A stretch of 64,000 bases of DNA from Haliotis cracherodii (Eukaryota), in NCBI RefSeq assembly GCF_022045235.1, contig NW_027266341.1, positions 54,870,001 through 54,934,000 on the forward strand. Direction: 5' to 3'. The notes under the pieces were generated by a model that ran no database searches, was not told the origin of the DNA, and was given only the letters and a program-made list of their open reading frames with translations. Positions 37,370 to 48,065 of the stretch are shown here, piece after piece. The translations under genes were made by a program, and so were the position numbers. Positions within the stretch are counted from its first letter, which is position 1, and every line of letters starts with the position of its first letter.

Positions 37370-37623
37370 TGTTTGTTGTTTAACGCCGCATTTAGCAATA
37401 TTGCAGCTATATGAAGGCGGTCTGTAAAAAAATCGAATCTGGACCAGACAATCCAAGGACTGACATCATGATCCACGCAATTGGGATACGATGACATGCA
37501 TCAATCAAGTCAGCAAGCCTGACCACCCGATCCCGTTAGTAACCTTTTTCGACAAGCATAGTCGTCTTTTACGTTAAGTAAGGGTTGCTGAAGACCTATT
37601 CTACCCCGGAATCTTCACGGGTC
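37370..37623 (-). mobile_element. Meta/MESC-like SINE
   Basis: Reverse match to 21727-21997; absent from the paralogous site at ~46960. Confidence 0.83.
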
Positions 37624-37914
37624 GGGGTTCTCAATAACTTTCAGTCGAAGATTACATGCTGAAATGACATTTTGTCTGTACGAAAATGAATATGTGCCTT
37701 GTGGAATGTCTGTAGCACGGAGTGTGGAAGTCTAGGTTATAACAGGACCTGGTTAGCGGTATAACCGGACACCTTGTGCCCATGTACCCAATGTAACACT
37801 GGTATATTACACTTGGTCAGGCTTATATAAAATACTATATATTACTAATCATGGTGATATTAGCCGAAGAGACGCTCTTCCTATTTAAATCATCCGTGTA
37901 AATAATAAAGAATT

Positions 37915-39938
37915 TATTAAAGAATTAAAGGAAAAATGATGGGTTAAATCAGTCCCACTATGAAATGAGGGTGGCCAGACGAGAACGGATAGGGGATAAT
38001 AGACCACGGGGAGGAAACTCTAGATTATACAAATCCTATAAAAATGCAAAAAGCGAATTTAGACGTTTACACCAAAAATCAAAACGTAAACAGCGCAAAG
38101 AAATAAGTACAGAAGTAGAAAAGACATGTGAAACCGATATAAATACATTCTATAAACATGTTCGTAAGTTGAGACCGGTTATTGATAAATTAGTTTACAA
38201 TGGACGTAGTGCTCTTTCTTCAGCTGATATATGTAAACTGTGGGGTGACTATTATTCAGACTTGGCAAAACCTCACCAGTCTGATGATTTTGACGAAAGC
38301 TATAAACTCACCATTGCATCAAAACTTCATTATATCATGGAACAAAATCGTCATAATCATGATCCACTAGATGATATCCTGTATACAGAAATCCCAGTCC
38401 CAGAAATCAGATCACATATACACAACCTTAAAAGAAACAAATCTCCAGGACCTGATGGTATCACAAATGAACACCTGATATTTGGAGGAGAGATGCGTGT
38501 AGTAACCCTCAAACACCTATTCAATCAAATACTTGCAACCAGTATTATCCATGTGCCTTCAGAAAAGGTATGATAATACTTATTTATAAAGACAAAAACG
38601 ACAAACATGATCCACGTAACTATAGGGGCATAACTCTTACATCGTGTCTATCTAAACTCCTAGAGAAAATCATTATAAGTAGAATAGAAAAATATACACC
38701 CAGTAATCTCCAATCATTCCCCGATGCTTTACAATTTGGTTTCTGAAAGGAACATGGAGCAATCATGTCTGTATTCGCCGTTTTAGAATGTGTTAATTTT
38801 TACCTAGAAAGAGAATCACAAGTGTTTGCTGCATTTTTAGATCATGAAGAAGCTTTCGATCGTATTTGGCACGACGGTCTGTTTGTTAAATTACATGACT
38901 TTGGTGTGAAGGGTAAATTATGGAACTTGCTTCACCACAGCTACACAGACAGTTGTGCTTTTATATCCTACAACGGAGAAAGATCTGATGAGTTTCACAT
39001 TAAACAAGGTGTTGGGCAAGGTCGAGTTATGCCAGCATGGTTCTTTCTCGTTTTCATGAATGACCTTATATGTGAACTAAGGAAAGCAAACGATGGCCTC
39101 CATGTTTATGGCATCTACATACCCTGTGTGTTATTGGCCGATGACACAACGCTCTTGTCTACAACCCCACGGGGCTTACAGTCTTCCCTTGATTCAGTTC
39201 GTTTATATGCCAACAAATGGAGACTCACCTATAATGCCTCCAAGAGTAAATCACTTGTATTCTGCAAAACACGTCAGCGTCATAATAAAGTAACCTACAC
39301 GTTTGACGATGCAATAATTGACACCTCCGACTCCGTCAAATATGGCGGAACAAACATAAACAGTAATTCATCCTGTATAGAAAGAATCATGACATGTTGC
39401 TCGAAAGCAAGAAAATGTGTTAATTCACTACGATCACTCGGCCTCAACGATTCCGACCTCCACCCAGTTACATGTGTCAATATATGGAAAAGAATGATTT
39501 TATCTACAAGCTTTTATGGATGTGAATTGTTACCAGCCTTATACGGTTAAGAACTTGAAATGATTGAATGTACACAACGTTACTTTGCTCGTCATATACA
39601 AGGATTTGGTAAAAGACATCCAACCGATTCGTCTATTTCTAACTTGGGAATGTGGTCAATGAATGGCTACATTGATAAATGTAGACTACAATTATTAGGA
39701 AGGCTCTGCAATAACGATTGTAACTAAATAACAAAAGACCTATTTTGTGCTCACATTGCTACCAACGCGATTGTCAATATTAGTCGCCCAGTAAGCATAT
39801 GCAACATCCTTCTATATACTGCTAAAATACCATTTAGATAACTTTATAAAGGAATATACTGATAGCGGTTCATTCCCAACTAAATCGGTTTGGCGAGCTC
39901 TTGTAATCAGACGTCTATCAGAGAATGAACATTACATC

Positions 39939-40007
<69 letters not shown>

Positions 40008-40637
40008 AGAGAGAGACTAGCATTTAAGACACCCCCTGCAACTTTGTATTAAAATCGGATCAAGAGCAAAAGTGTCGAAAGAATGTAACCATAATTGTAA
40101 TAGACATTGCTATGACTATGACTGCCTTATTATTTTGCACTGTGAAATGTTTATGCCTGACAGAAATGATTTCTTCTCATGCCTGATTGATAAACTTGAT
40201 GCAGATGTATACGTGAAAATAGATATGCTTGACGATGATGATATGTTTTCATTCTTTCTCGGTGCAGACTCATGACTTGATTAACGAACTTGATTACGAT
40301 ACTTGGCAAAGCATCATAATGTCTTTCTGCCACTTCATATGGAATTTAAAGAAACACCTTATGTATATCTACTAGATACCTTACTGCTTTCAAAATGAAA
40401 ATTGTAAATTATTTATTCATAGCAGTGTATAACATGATGTCATTGTATATAGTCATGTAATTTCATTGATGTATTGTAAATAATGTATTTGCCCATGTAA
40501 AATCAGTGTATAACATGATTTCATTGTATATAGTCAAGTAATTTCATTGATGTATTGTAAATAATGTATTTGCCCATGTAAAATCTTCGGATTCAACTCT
40601 GGAGGAAATAAAGAAATTCATTCATTCATTCATCATT
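37915..40637 (+). mobile_element. 5'-truncated, decayed non-LTR retrotransposon (CR1/L2-group RT)
   Basis: KSPGPDGITNEHL, NYRGITL, AFDRIWHDGL, GVGQG and LLADD motifs broken by stops and frameshifts; ends gaggaaataaagaa(ATTC)n; contains (GA)n at 39940-40017 and an 81-bp tandem duplication at 40423-40584. Confidence 0.92.
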
Positions 40638-41152
40638 CGAAACAAATGAGAAATAATATAGCGTCATACTGACTTGTATTCAAATACACACATATTAAAT
40701 ACAGACACTAAATATTGGCACTAGTACCAACACATGCCCATTATAAATACTAGTACGAGGGTAGACAGATATAAAGCCACACAAACACATATATACCCAT
40801 GCAGATATATATCTCTCTCTCTATCTCGTTAGTTATATGTTTGTGGGAATATATGTGGGTATGTATGTGTGTATATTAAAAAAACATGTTTATGTATTGC
40901 ATGTTAATATATTTCTCCTTGTTACTTTGAAATGTAATATACAGTTAACCACGTTTAATACGAACACGCTTGTAACGAACTGACGGATATGACGAACTTT
41001 TTTTGTCGCGGACACTGCTGTATCTATGCTGTGCTTATGCTTATAACGTACTGCGGTTATAACAAACTAAACTTAGTGGCTCTTATACACACATATAAAT
41101 AAAATATATGTAATATACACACATATATATATATAATCAATGTATAATCATA

Positions 41153-41327
41153 CAGTAAACTACGGTTATAACGAACACGCTTATAACGAACTGACGGATA
41201 TAACGAACGTACTTTTAGGTCCCGACTATTTGCTGTAGTTATGCTGTATATATGCTTATAACGAACTACGGTTATAACGAGCTAAAATTAGTAGTCCCTT
41301 TGAGTTCGTTATAACCGTAGTTTACTG
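41153..41327. mobile_element. Tc1/mariner-type MITE, same family as 23103-23277, opposite orientation
   Basis: Intact TIRs and TA TSD. Confidence 0.88.
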
Positions 41328-41413
41328 TACATACATAAGGGTCAGGGCCACCAAAGAGGGATAGCCTCGTTGACCATATACGTCAATAAAATACGTTTAA
41401 AACAAACCAAAAC

Positions 41414-41418
41414 ACACA

Positions 41419-41459
<41 letters not shown>

Positions 41460-41468
41460 GCACGCACG
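41414..41468. repeat. (CACG)n microsatellite
   Basis: Direct. Confidence 0.92.
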
Positions 41469-41969
41469 TATACACACATGGATATATCTGAGTAGAAACG
41501 AAAATGATTATGAAGCAGCACGTACAAACGTATACATTCGGGTCTGTAAAAGCAAGCAATATATGGTGTGTGTAATGTACATGTTTAGTATGCTGTTTAA
41601 ATTAAAGGTTCCAATATGATTCACTTATCAATTAAGTTGGTAACGATGCTAAACCACACTTTATAGTGAGCTTCAAGACAATACATCTCTTAAACGTAGT
41701 GGGATTTACACTGTCAATGTTTCCTATTTGAATCAGTACGTCAGTACATTTCGAGGAATGTATTCTTCACGTTCTCATGTGAAAAACGCGATTCTTACTT
41801 TCACTTAACCCTTCATTGTCTAAGAAAGTGAGTGTGTGAGTATGTTATATACGCCGTTTTCAGCAATATTCCAACAATAGGACACCATCGACGTCATATA
41901 ATTTCGTGAATTTAAATACAAAAGCTGCTTGGTGACGCTTAATTATATTTTTTAGAATCGTTATCAATA

Positions 41970-42141
41970 TGAGTGTGTGAGTGGTCGAGTATTGTTTTAC
42001 ACTGTTTTTAGCAATATTCCAGCGATATCAATGCGGGGGACACCAGAAATGGGCTTCACACATTGTATCCATGTGGGAAATCGAACCTGGGCCTTAGGCG
42101 TGATGTGTGAGCGCTTTAACCACTTGGCTACCCCCACCGTC
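41970..42141 (-). mobile_element. SINE family A
   Basis: Reverse match with B box aatcgaacc; a second tail fragment at 41827-41887. Confidence 0.8.
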
Positions 42142-43198
42142 CAATGTCTTGGAAAGTGCTACCTCTATTACTCAATAAGGCTCTGTTCCCTTTCCGTTAC
42201 AATGACTTGCAAATAGCTCAAGAATCTTCCTTCAATTATCCATCTGAAGTCCCTTTGTTGTTTTATGCTCAAAACAAAAACGATTCTTTGACAGATTTAC
42301 GGGCGGGTGAAGCATTATGAAAGACGGTTGTTATATGAAAAGTAAGTTGATTATTTGTGCTCTATTCCAATGGACTTTGAAATAGCCGGGAAGAAAAAGT
42401 GTTCTCAAAATTTATCTTTGGGTAGGCGGATCCATGAATCAATTTAGTGCAAAAAAACCGCTTTTACACATTCGGTTGAACATTTTGAACATTTTGACAC
42501 GTCATGTCACAATTTGTAATTGTAGATGTATTGGGTTCCAGAATTCAACCAAACTGCTGTACACAAAACGATTAAATTATATATAATAACTTGGTTTCTT
42601 TGAAAATATAACAATACGTTCATCTTTCTGTGAAGAAAGTATTTATTGGAGATAGTAAAAAAGGACACCTTTACACAAAGAAATGCACAAGGACCAGAAG
42701 TTGTCATGAAGTAAACACAGTTGGTTATGTGGTTAAGATCATGCGATCTAGTAGATTATCATTACACATAAATGTCGCTCTAGTAAACAGATTGACAAAG
42801 AAAAATGTTGCAGCACAAAAATCAGCAATTCAAGACAACTCTTTAAGACATTATTCATCATGACGTTTCTATGGTCAAATACCAGCTGGGAGACAATCAA
42901 TTTTACATGTCATATTATAGTTTTTAAAAGAAATAATTTCCATCACTACGAGAAAACAACTTTTTACTTTGTTGGACCAATATGCAATCGCTACAAATAC
43001 ATTTTTGTGAAATTAAATCTGGTTATCGACTATAAAAGATAAAACGTGTTTAAACAATTGCCCAAAGAGCACATATTTCAGTTATTTTTACTTCATGACA
43101 TCCTCAGGTTCAAACACATAATATCTTGTCACACAACGCTGATCATTTACACTTTCAATATCAAAGTCTCTCTCACACAGTAACACATTTATAACCGT

Positions 43199-45442
43199 TT
43201 ACCCGTAGTAAGAGTACTGGTTATAACCTCCAAAGCCTTGACCAACACCAAAGCCTCTACCAAGGCCGACAACTCCGTTACCGACGCCGACGCCATTGCC
43301 GTTACCGAAGCCACCAACACCGTGACCAAGACCGACAACTCCATGTCCAGCTCCTCCAATTCCGTGTCCGACTCCATTACCGTATCCACCAACACCGTTT
43401 CCAAGGCCGACAACTCCTTTACCGACGCCGATCCCATTACCGTATCCACCAACACCGTGACCAAGACCGACAACTCCACGTCCAACTCCTCCAATTCCGT
43501 GTCCGACGCCGTAACCGTAGCTGGGAGCGTCGTGGTGGGCGGCACCGGCATGGTGAGCAGCACCACCGAGAGCGGCGTTGTAGGCGTGGCCGTTGTTACC
43601 GTACTGGTTGTGTGAGTAGTCGTTGAGACTCTTGGCATTAGAAGCAGCAGCGTTGTTGTGGTTGTCATAATAAGACTTGGCAGCAGCGTTGGCAGCACCA
43701 GCAGAGGCAGCGGCGTTTTTGTTGTAGTAGTTGGATTTCTTAGCGGCGTTGCCGTTGGCAGCATTAGCAGCATCGTAGTAGTTGGAGGCTTTGTTGGCGT
43801 GGTTGGCAGCATATTTGTCGTTGTCATGGGCGGCAGCATTGGCGGCGTTCTGGTAGAGGTTCTGGGTTATTTTCTTAGTGTTGGCATGAGCGGCATTGGC
43901 GTTCTGTCCGAAGTTGTCCTTGTAGTCCTTCTTGTCGTAGTTGAGACGCTCGTAGTTGTTGCCGCCGGCGTTGGAATGATGGTGGAACTTCTTGACCAGA
44001 TGGTGTTTCTTGGCAGCATCGTTGTACTTACGTCTGAAGTTGTCCTTGGCGTAAGCAGAGTTGGCATTGTCGTGAGCTGCGGCTTTGTTGTCATAGAGAC
44101 TGGCGGCGTCAGCACCGGCGTGACTGAAGCCGTGGTTGTTGGCAGCGGCACCATCCTTGTTGTATCTGTAGGCGTTGTTGTTGGCAGCAGCAGCTCCAGA
44201 CTTGTAGTAGTCGTTGGCATGTGCGTTGTTGTAGCCGTTTCTCTTATAGGTAGCGTCGGCCTTGTTTCTGCTAGACTCACCCAGTTTGGATCCGTATCCT
44301 CCGGTTTTGGCGAGAGCGGCATTGGCAGCACCGTCATAGTAGTTTGCATGTTGACCTTGGGCGCCAGCATCGTAGTATTTGTTGTTGTGTGCGTCATGTC
44401 CGAGGTAGCCATTGTTGTATCCCTGGCCATACTGCTTACCGTAGCCCTTGCCGTATCCTACTCCAGATACACCCAGAGAACCAGCGACACCACCGACACC
44501 GTGGCCACCATGAGCGAGACCTCCATATCCGGCAACGTTGTGGGCAGCCTGTGCAGCGGCATTAGCGGCGTTCCTTCTGTCGTAGTAGGCGTTCCTGCCG
44601 GTGAAGTCGTCATGTTTGTTGATGGCAGCATCGTGAGCGTTGGCGGAGTATTTGTTGCTTCCGGCTGCTTCGTTCAGTTTACTGTCGTAGCCGTGGTTGG
44701 CAGCACCGTTCTTGGCAGCTTGACTAGCAGCAGAGCCGTATTTCCCGTTACCGTATTGAGCCTTGTAAGCGCCTTTACCGTACTTGCTGTCTTTCAGAGC
44801 ATGGGAGCGATCAGCAGCATACTTGTTGGCGGCGTGGTCACTGTTGGCGGTGCTGTAAGCCTTGTTCTTATCTTCATATTCGTCGAGGTTGTGGGCACTG
44901 CTGTCATCAAGAATTTCGTAGTCCCCGTCCTCATCGGCGTTCTTGTTGTACTTCTTATCGAAGCCGTAGTGGACTCCGGTGTTGAAGACGTTCCCCTTTC
45001 GGTAGTAGTTGTTGTTGGCGTAGTCGTTGTTGGCAGCAGATTTGGAGGCGGCGTCCTTTCTGGCGTAGTTTGCGGCGGCAGCATCGTGGTAGTTGGCTTT
45101 ATTGGCCTGAGCGGCAGCACCAGAAGCTTTGTCAGCGTGAGCAGCGTTCTTGTGGCCGTAGGAGTTGGAGGCAGTGTCCCCCTTAGCGCTGGCCTGATCA
45201 GCAGCTTTGTGGTAGTTGTTACCGTGGGCGGCGTAGTTGTTGGCGGCTTTGTTGTAGGCATTGACAGCGCTGTTTTTGCTGCCGTAACGACGAAGACCCT
45301 CTGCGCCTCCATATTGCCCTTTGCCGTAGTCGTTGAGACCCGAGGCAACGTGGCCGACCTGTCCGACAGAGCCAAAGTTGTTGTTGTAGGTCATGCTGGA
45401 GACGACAACGACGCACAAAGCGACGACGGCGACGGGGAGACA
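43199..45442 (-). CDS. Paralog 4 exon 2: secreted Ala/Asn/Gly/Tyr/His-rich protein (749 aa spliced)
   Basis: Acceptor gtgttttttcag|TGT in frame with ORF 43199-45454; signal peptide; tandem duplicate of paralog 3. Confidence 0.93.
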   Translation of the reverse strand, partial: CLPVAVVALCVVVVSSMTYNNNFGSVGQVGHVASGLNDYGKGQYGGAEGLRRYGSKNSAVNAYNKAANNYAAHGNNYHKAADQASAKGDTASNSYGHKNAAHADKASGAAAQANKANYHDAAAANYARKDAASKSAANNDYANNNYYRKGNVFNTGVHYGFDKKYNKNADEDGDYEILDDSSAHNLDEYEDKNKAYSTANSDHAANKYAADRSHALKDSKYGKGAYKAQYGNGKYGSAASQAAKNGAANHGYDSKLNEAAGSNKYSANAHDAAINKHDDFTGRNAYYDRRNAANAAAQAAHNVAGYGGLAHGGHGVGGVAGSLGVSGVGYGKGYGKQYGQGYNNGYLGHDAHNNKYYDAGAQGQHANYYDGAANAALAKTGGYGSKLGESSRNKADATYKRNGYNNAHANDYYKSGAAAANNNAYRYNKDGAAANNHGFSHAGADAASLYDNKAAAHDNANSAYAKDNFRRKYNDAAKKHHLVKKFHHHSNAGGNNYERLNYDKKDYKDNFGQNANAAHANTKKITQNLYQNAANAAAHDNDKYAANHANKASNYYDAANAANGNAAKKSNYYNKNAAASAGAANAAAKSYYDNHNNAAASNAKSLNDYSHNQYGNNGHAYNAALGGAAHHAGAAHHDAPSYGYGVGHGIGGVGRGVVGLGHGVGGYGNGIGVGKGVVGLGNGVGGYGNGVGHGIGGAGHGVVGLGHGVGGFGNGNGVGVGNGVVGLGRGFGVGQGFGGYNQYSYYG

Positions 45443-46120
45443 CTGAAAAAACACAGATTGTTTATGTAGTAGCAGTAGTAGTAGTATTTATTAGTTAATA
45501 TTTTACTCGACTCCAACTCAAAATAACTGTAAACATATACTCGATGATCTCAAACTCTTGTCTGTTGACTGTCTGATGCTTGCTTTTGTTTCATGACATT
45601 AATTTCTTCAACTTTCTATTTCATAAATGTCCCTTAATTCACTTAAATATTGTTATCGTTAACACCTTAAAGCTATATATATACGTACACAAAGTTACGC
45701 TTCAGTCGCCACGGACATTGCACTGATGACATAAACGAACTATTTTAATTCTATTACAAAACCCCTTTAAATACAAGTATACATGTACATAATTATTGGT
45801 TTATTCCAACATATTTTCCTTTACTTATTACATGTAGCTTGATACGGGTTTTATTTATCTTTTGCATAAAGAATTGCATTGTTGTTAAATATTTCATTAA
45901 CTGTTTTTCATGTTCATCAAACGCATTTTTTGTCAAATTTCTCAGAATTACTTCAATATATCAAGCAGGCCCATTCATGTCAAATTATTTTCCGTTTCGA
46001 ACTTAAACAGACAAAGCAAATGCAAAAACTCTTTCGTTTCTTACTTAAAACCACAAATCATGCAATCACGCAACATCCTATTTCGCTTCTTACTTCAAGA
46101 CAGATGTAAAAGTGTCTTAC

Positions 46121-46126
46121 CTGCAT
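46121..46126 (-). CDS. Paralog 4 coding exon 1 (Met-Gln)
   Basis: Minus strand cagtATGCAG|gtaaga; TATAAG at 46200-46205. Confidence 0.85.
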
Positions 46127-46375
46127 ACTGACTGTTGCCTGTCTGTGTCCGTGTCTGATGAAGAGCCGACTGTTCTGCTGTCTCGCTGTATCGACCCTGC
46201 TTATAAACCATCGTCTTCATCGCCATAAAATTTAACGGGATCATAACGAGGGATCACACCGCGACCAGCTTCTTTAATCAAACAGTGGCAGCTCCGTCGT
46301 TAAACCAAGACCGTCTAGAGACGGTGGGGGTAGACAGACGCGTTACCTCACCCTCCCCGGGGGTAAGGGACACTT
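46127..46375 (-). promoter_or_regulatory. 5' UTR and proximal promoter of paralog 4
   Basis: Near-identical to 36313-36560. Confidence 0.75.
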
Positions 46376-47159
46376 AGAGGGACAGTGCATACATATTCAT
46401 ACACATTGGCCTTTAATGACAGGTTAGTAATAACCATTAACTGTTTCAGTATATCGCCGTATGTCATTAGAGTCGATAAGGTAGAGTTGATGGCGTTATC
46501 CACACAGGTACAAATTACGTTATAACATTATTCTGATTCTTGTGTGAAATCATTTTCTTTTTTTGATAGGTATTCGACGAAATATGCACTGTAACATTAA
46601 GAAACTATATAACATGTTCAATTTTTATTGCACGGTAGGTTTGCTTTCTTTGAATTGGTATTTTTTCTTCAAAATAGAGAGTGAATAAATACAATACTCT
46701 TTTCATATTCAAAAACATCTGCTAAAAGCAGATTTTATTGTACCATTCCGACCATTTTATGAGCTAGCTCTTTGTCGATATAAAAGTTATTTCACAGTTA
46801 TGACATTTTTGTAATAACTGAAACCCACCAATATCAATGTATTATATCAGTTTAAACAATTTCGGTAACAATCTATTTATATACGTGCATTATATCGATT
46901 GTGTAGTATCGCCTTATTTCCTGTCAAATAGTTTGTTCAAATCGATATCGGTTATCAGTAACTATCAGTAGAACTTTACACGTTGAAATGACATTTTGTC
47001 TGAAATGAATATGTGCCTTGTGGAATGGGTGTACCATGGAGTGTCATAACAGGAGTTGGTTTTACACCGATATTGACGAACACGTTGGGAAGTATCGGCA
47101 CACGACATTTACCCCATGTAACACTGGTATGTTACCCTTAGTCAGGTTTATATACTCAT

Positions 47160-47549
47160 TACTCACCGACAAAAGAAACGCGAATTACAAAAACATATAT
47201 AATATGTATACATATAAGTATGTACGTTGAGAAGAGATGTTTCCAATGCGTACCAATTAATGACAAAACAAACGACTAGTAAAGTGTAACCACAGTGTCT
47301 TCATTCTTATCACGATATGCTGCACGTGATTTCCAAAGTCTACATGCTAATCATGCATGAGACAAATGGTGCATCTCGAGTCATAGATCTATGACGTCAC
47401 ATGTGATGCGTTCATGAGCGTCGGTTCACACAACATAACAATATGTTCGTTTGTGTATCGAACCAATCTAATATCTCTTGAAAATGAGTAATTCTTCATA
47501 TGTTAACCAACATGTAAGGTATTCGTCAAATAGTATTTGTCGGTGAGTA
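47160..47549. mobile_element. MITE (TA-flanked, short TIR) specific to the paralog 4 block
   Basis: tactcaccgacaaa ... tttgtcggtgagta; the paralogous site at ~37830-37850 is empty. Confidence 0.7.
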
Positions 47550-47899
47550 TTTAAAATAGTAAAAATTACTAATCAGGGTGATATTAGCCGAAGAGACGCT
47601 CTTCCTACTTACATCATTCACGTAAATAATATAGAATAATATAAAAGACTTATATATGTAAATATATATATGATTTCTTCTGCTTATTTTCACAGTTTGA
47701 AACGTTTTACATAATTAGAAACAAATGTGAAAAACATAGAGTCATACTGACTTGTTTTCAAGTACACACATATTGAATACTGATACTAAATATTGGCACT
47801 AGTACCAACACATGCCCATTATAAATACTAGTACGAGGGTAGATAGACACAAAGCCTCACTAATACACATATATGTACCCACGCATATATCATTTTCTC

Positions 47900-48065
47900 N
47901 NNNNNNNNNNNNNNNNNNNNNNNNNNNNNNNNNNNNNNNNNNNNNNNNNNNNNNNNNNNNNNNNNNNNNNNNNNNNNNNNNNNNNNNNNNNNNNNNNNNN
48001 NNNNNNNNNNNNNNNNNNNNNNNNNNNNNNNNNNNNNNNNNNNNNNNNNNNNNNNNNNNNNNNNN
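47900..48065. other. Assembly gap
   Basis: Run of N. Confidence 1.

Noticed and set aside
36464-37456. ORFs spanning N runs (also 47812-48208)
   Set aside because: Artefacts of assembly gaps.
38765-39550. Active or domesticated reverse transcriptase gene
   Set aside because: 5'-truncated, with several stops and frameshifts and a microsatellite insertion.
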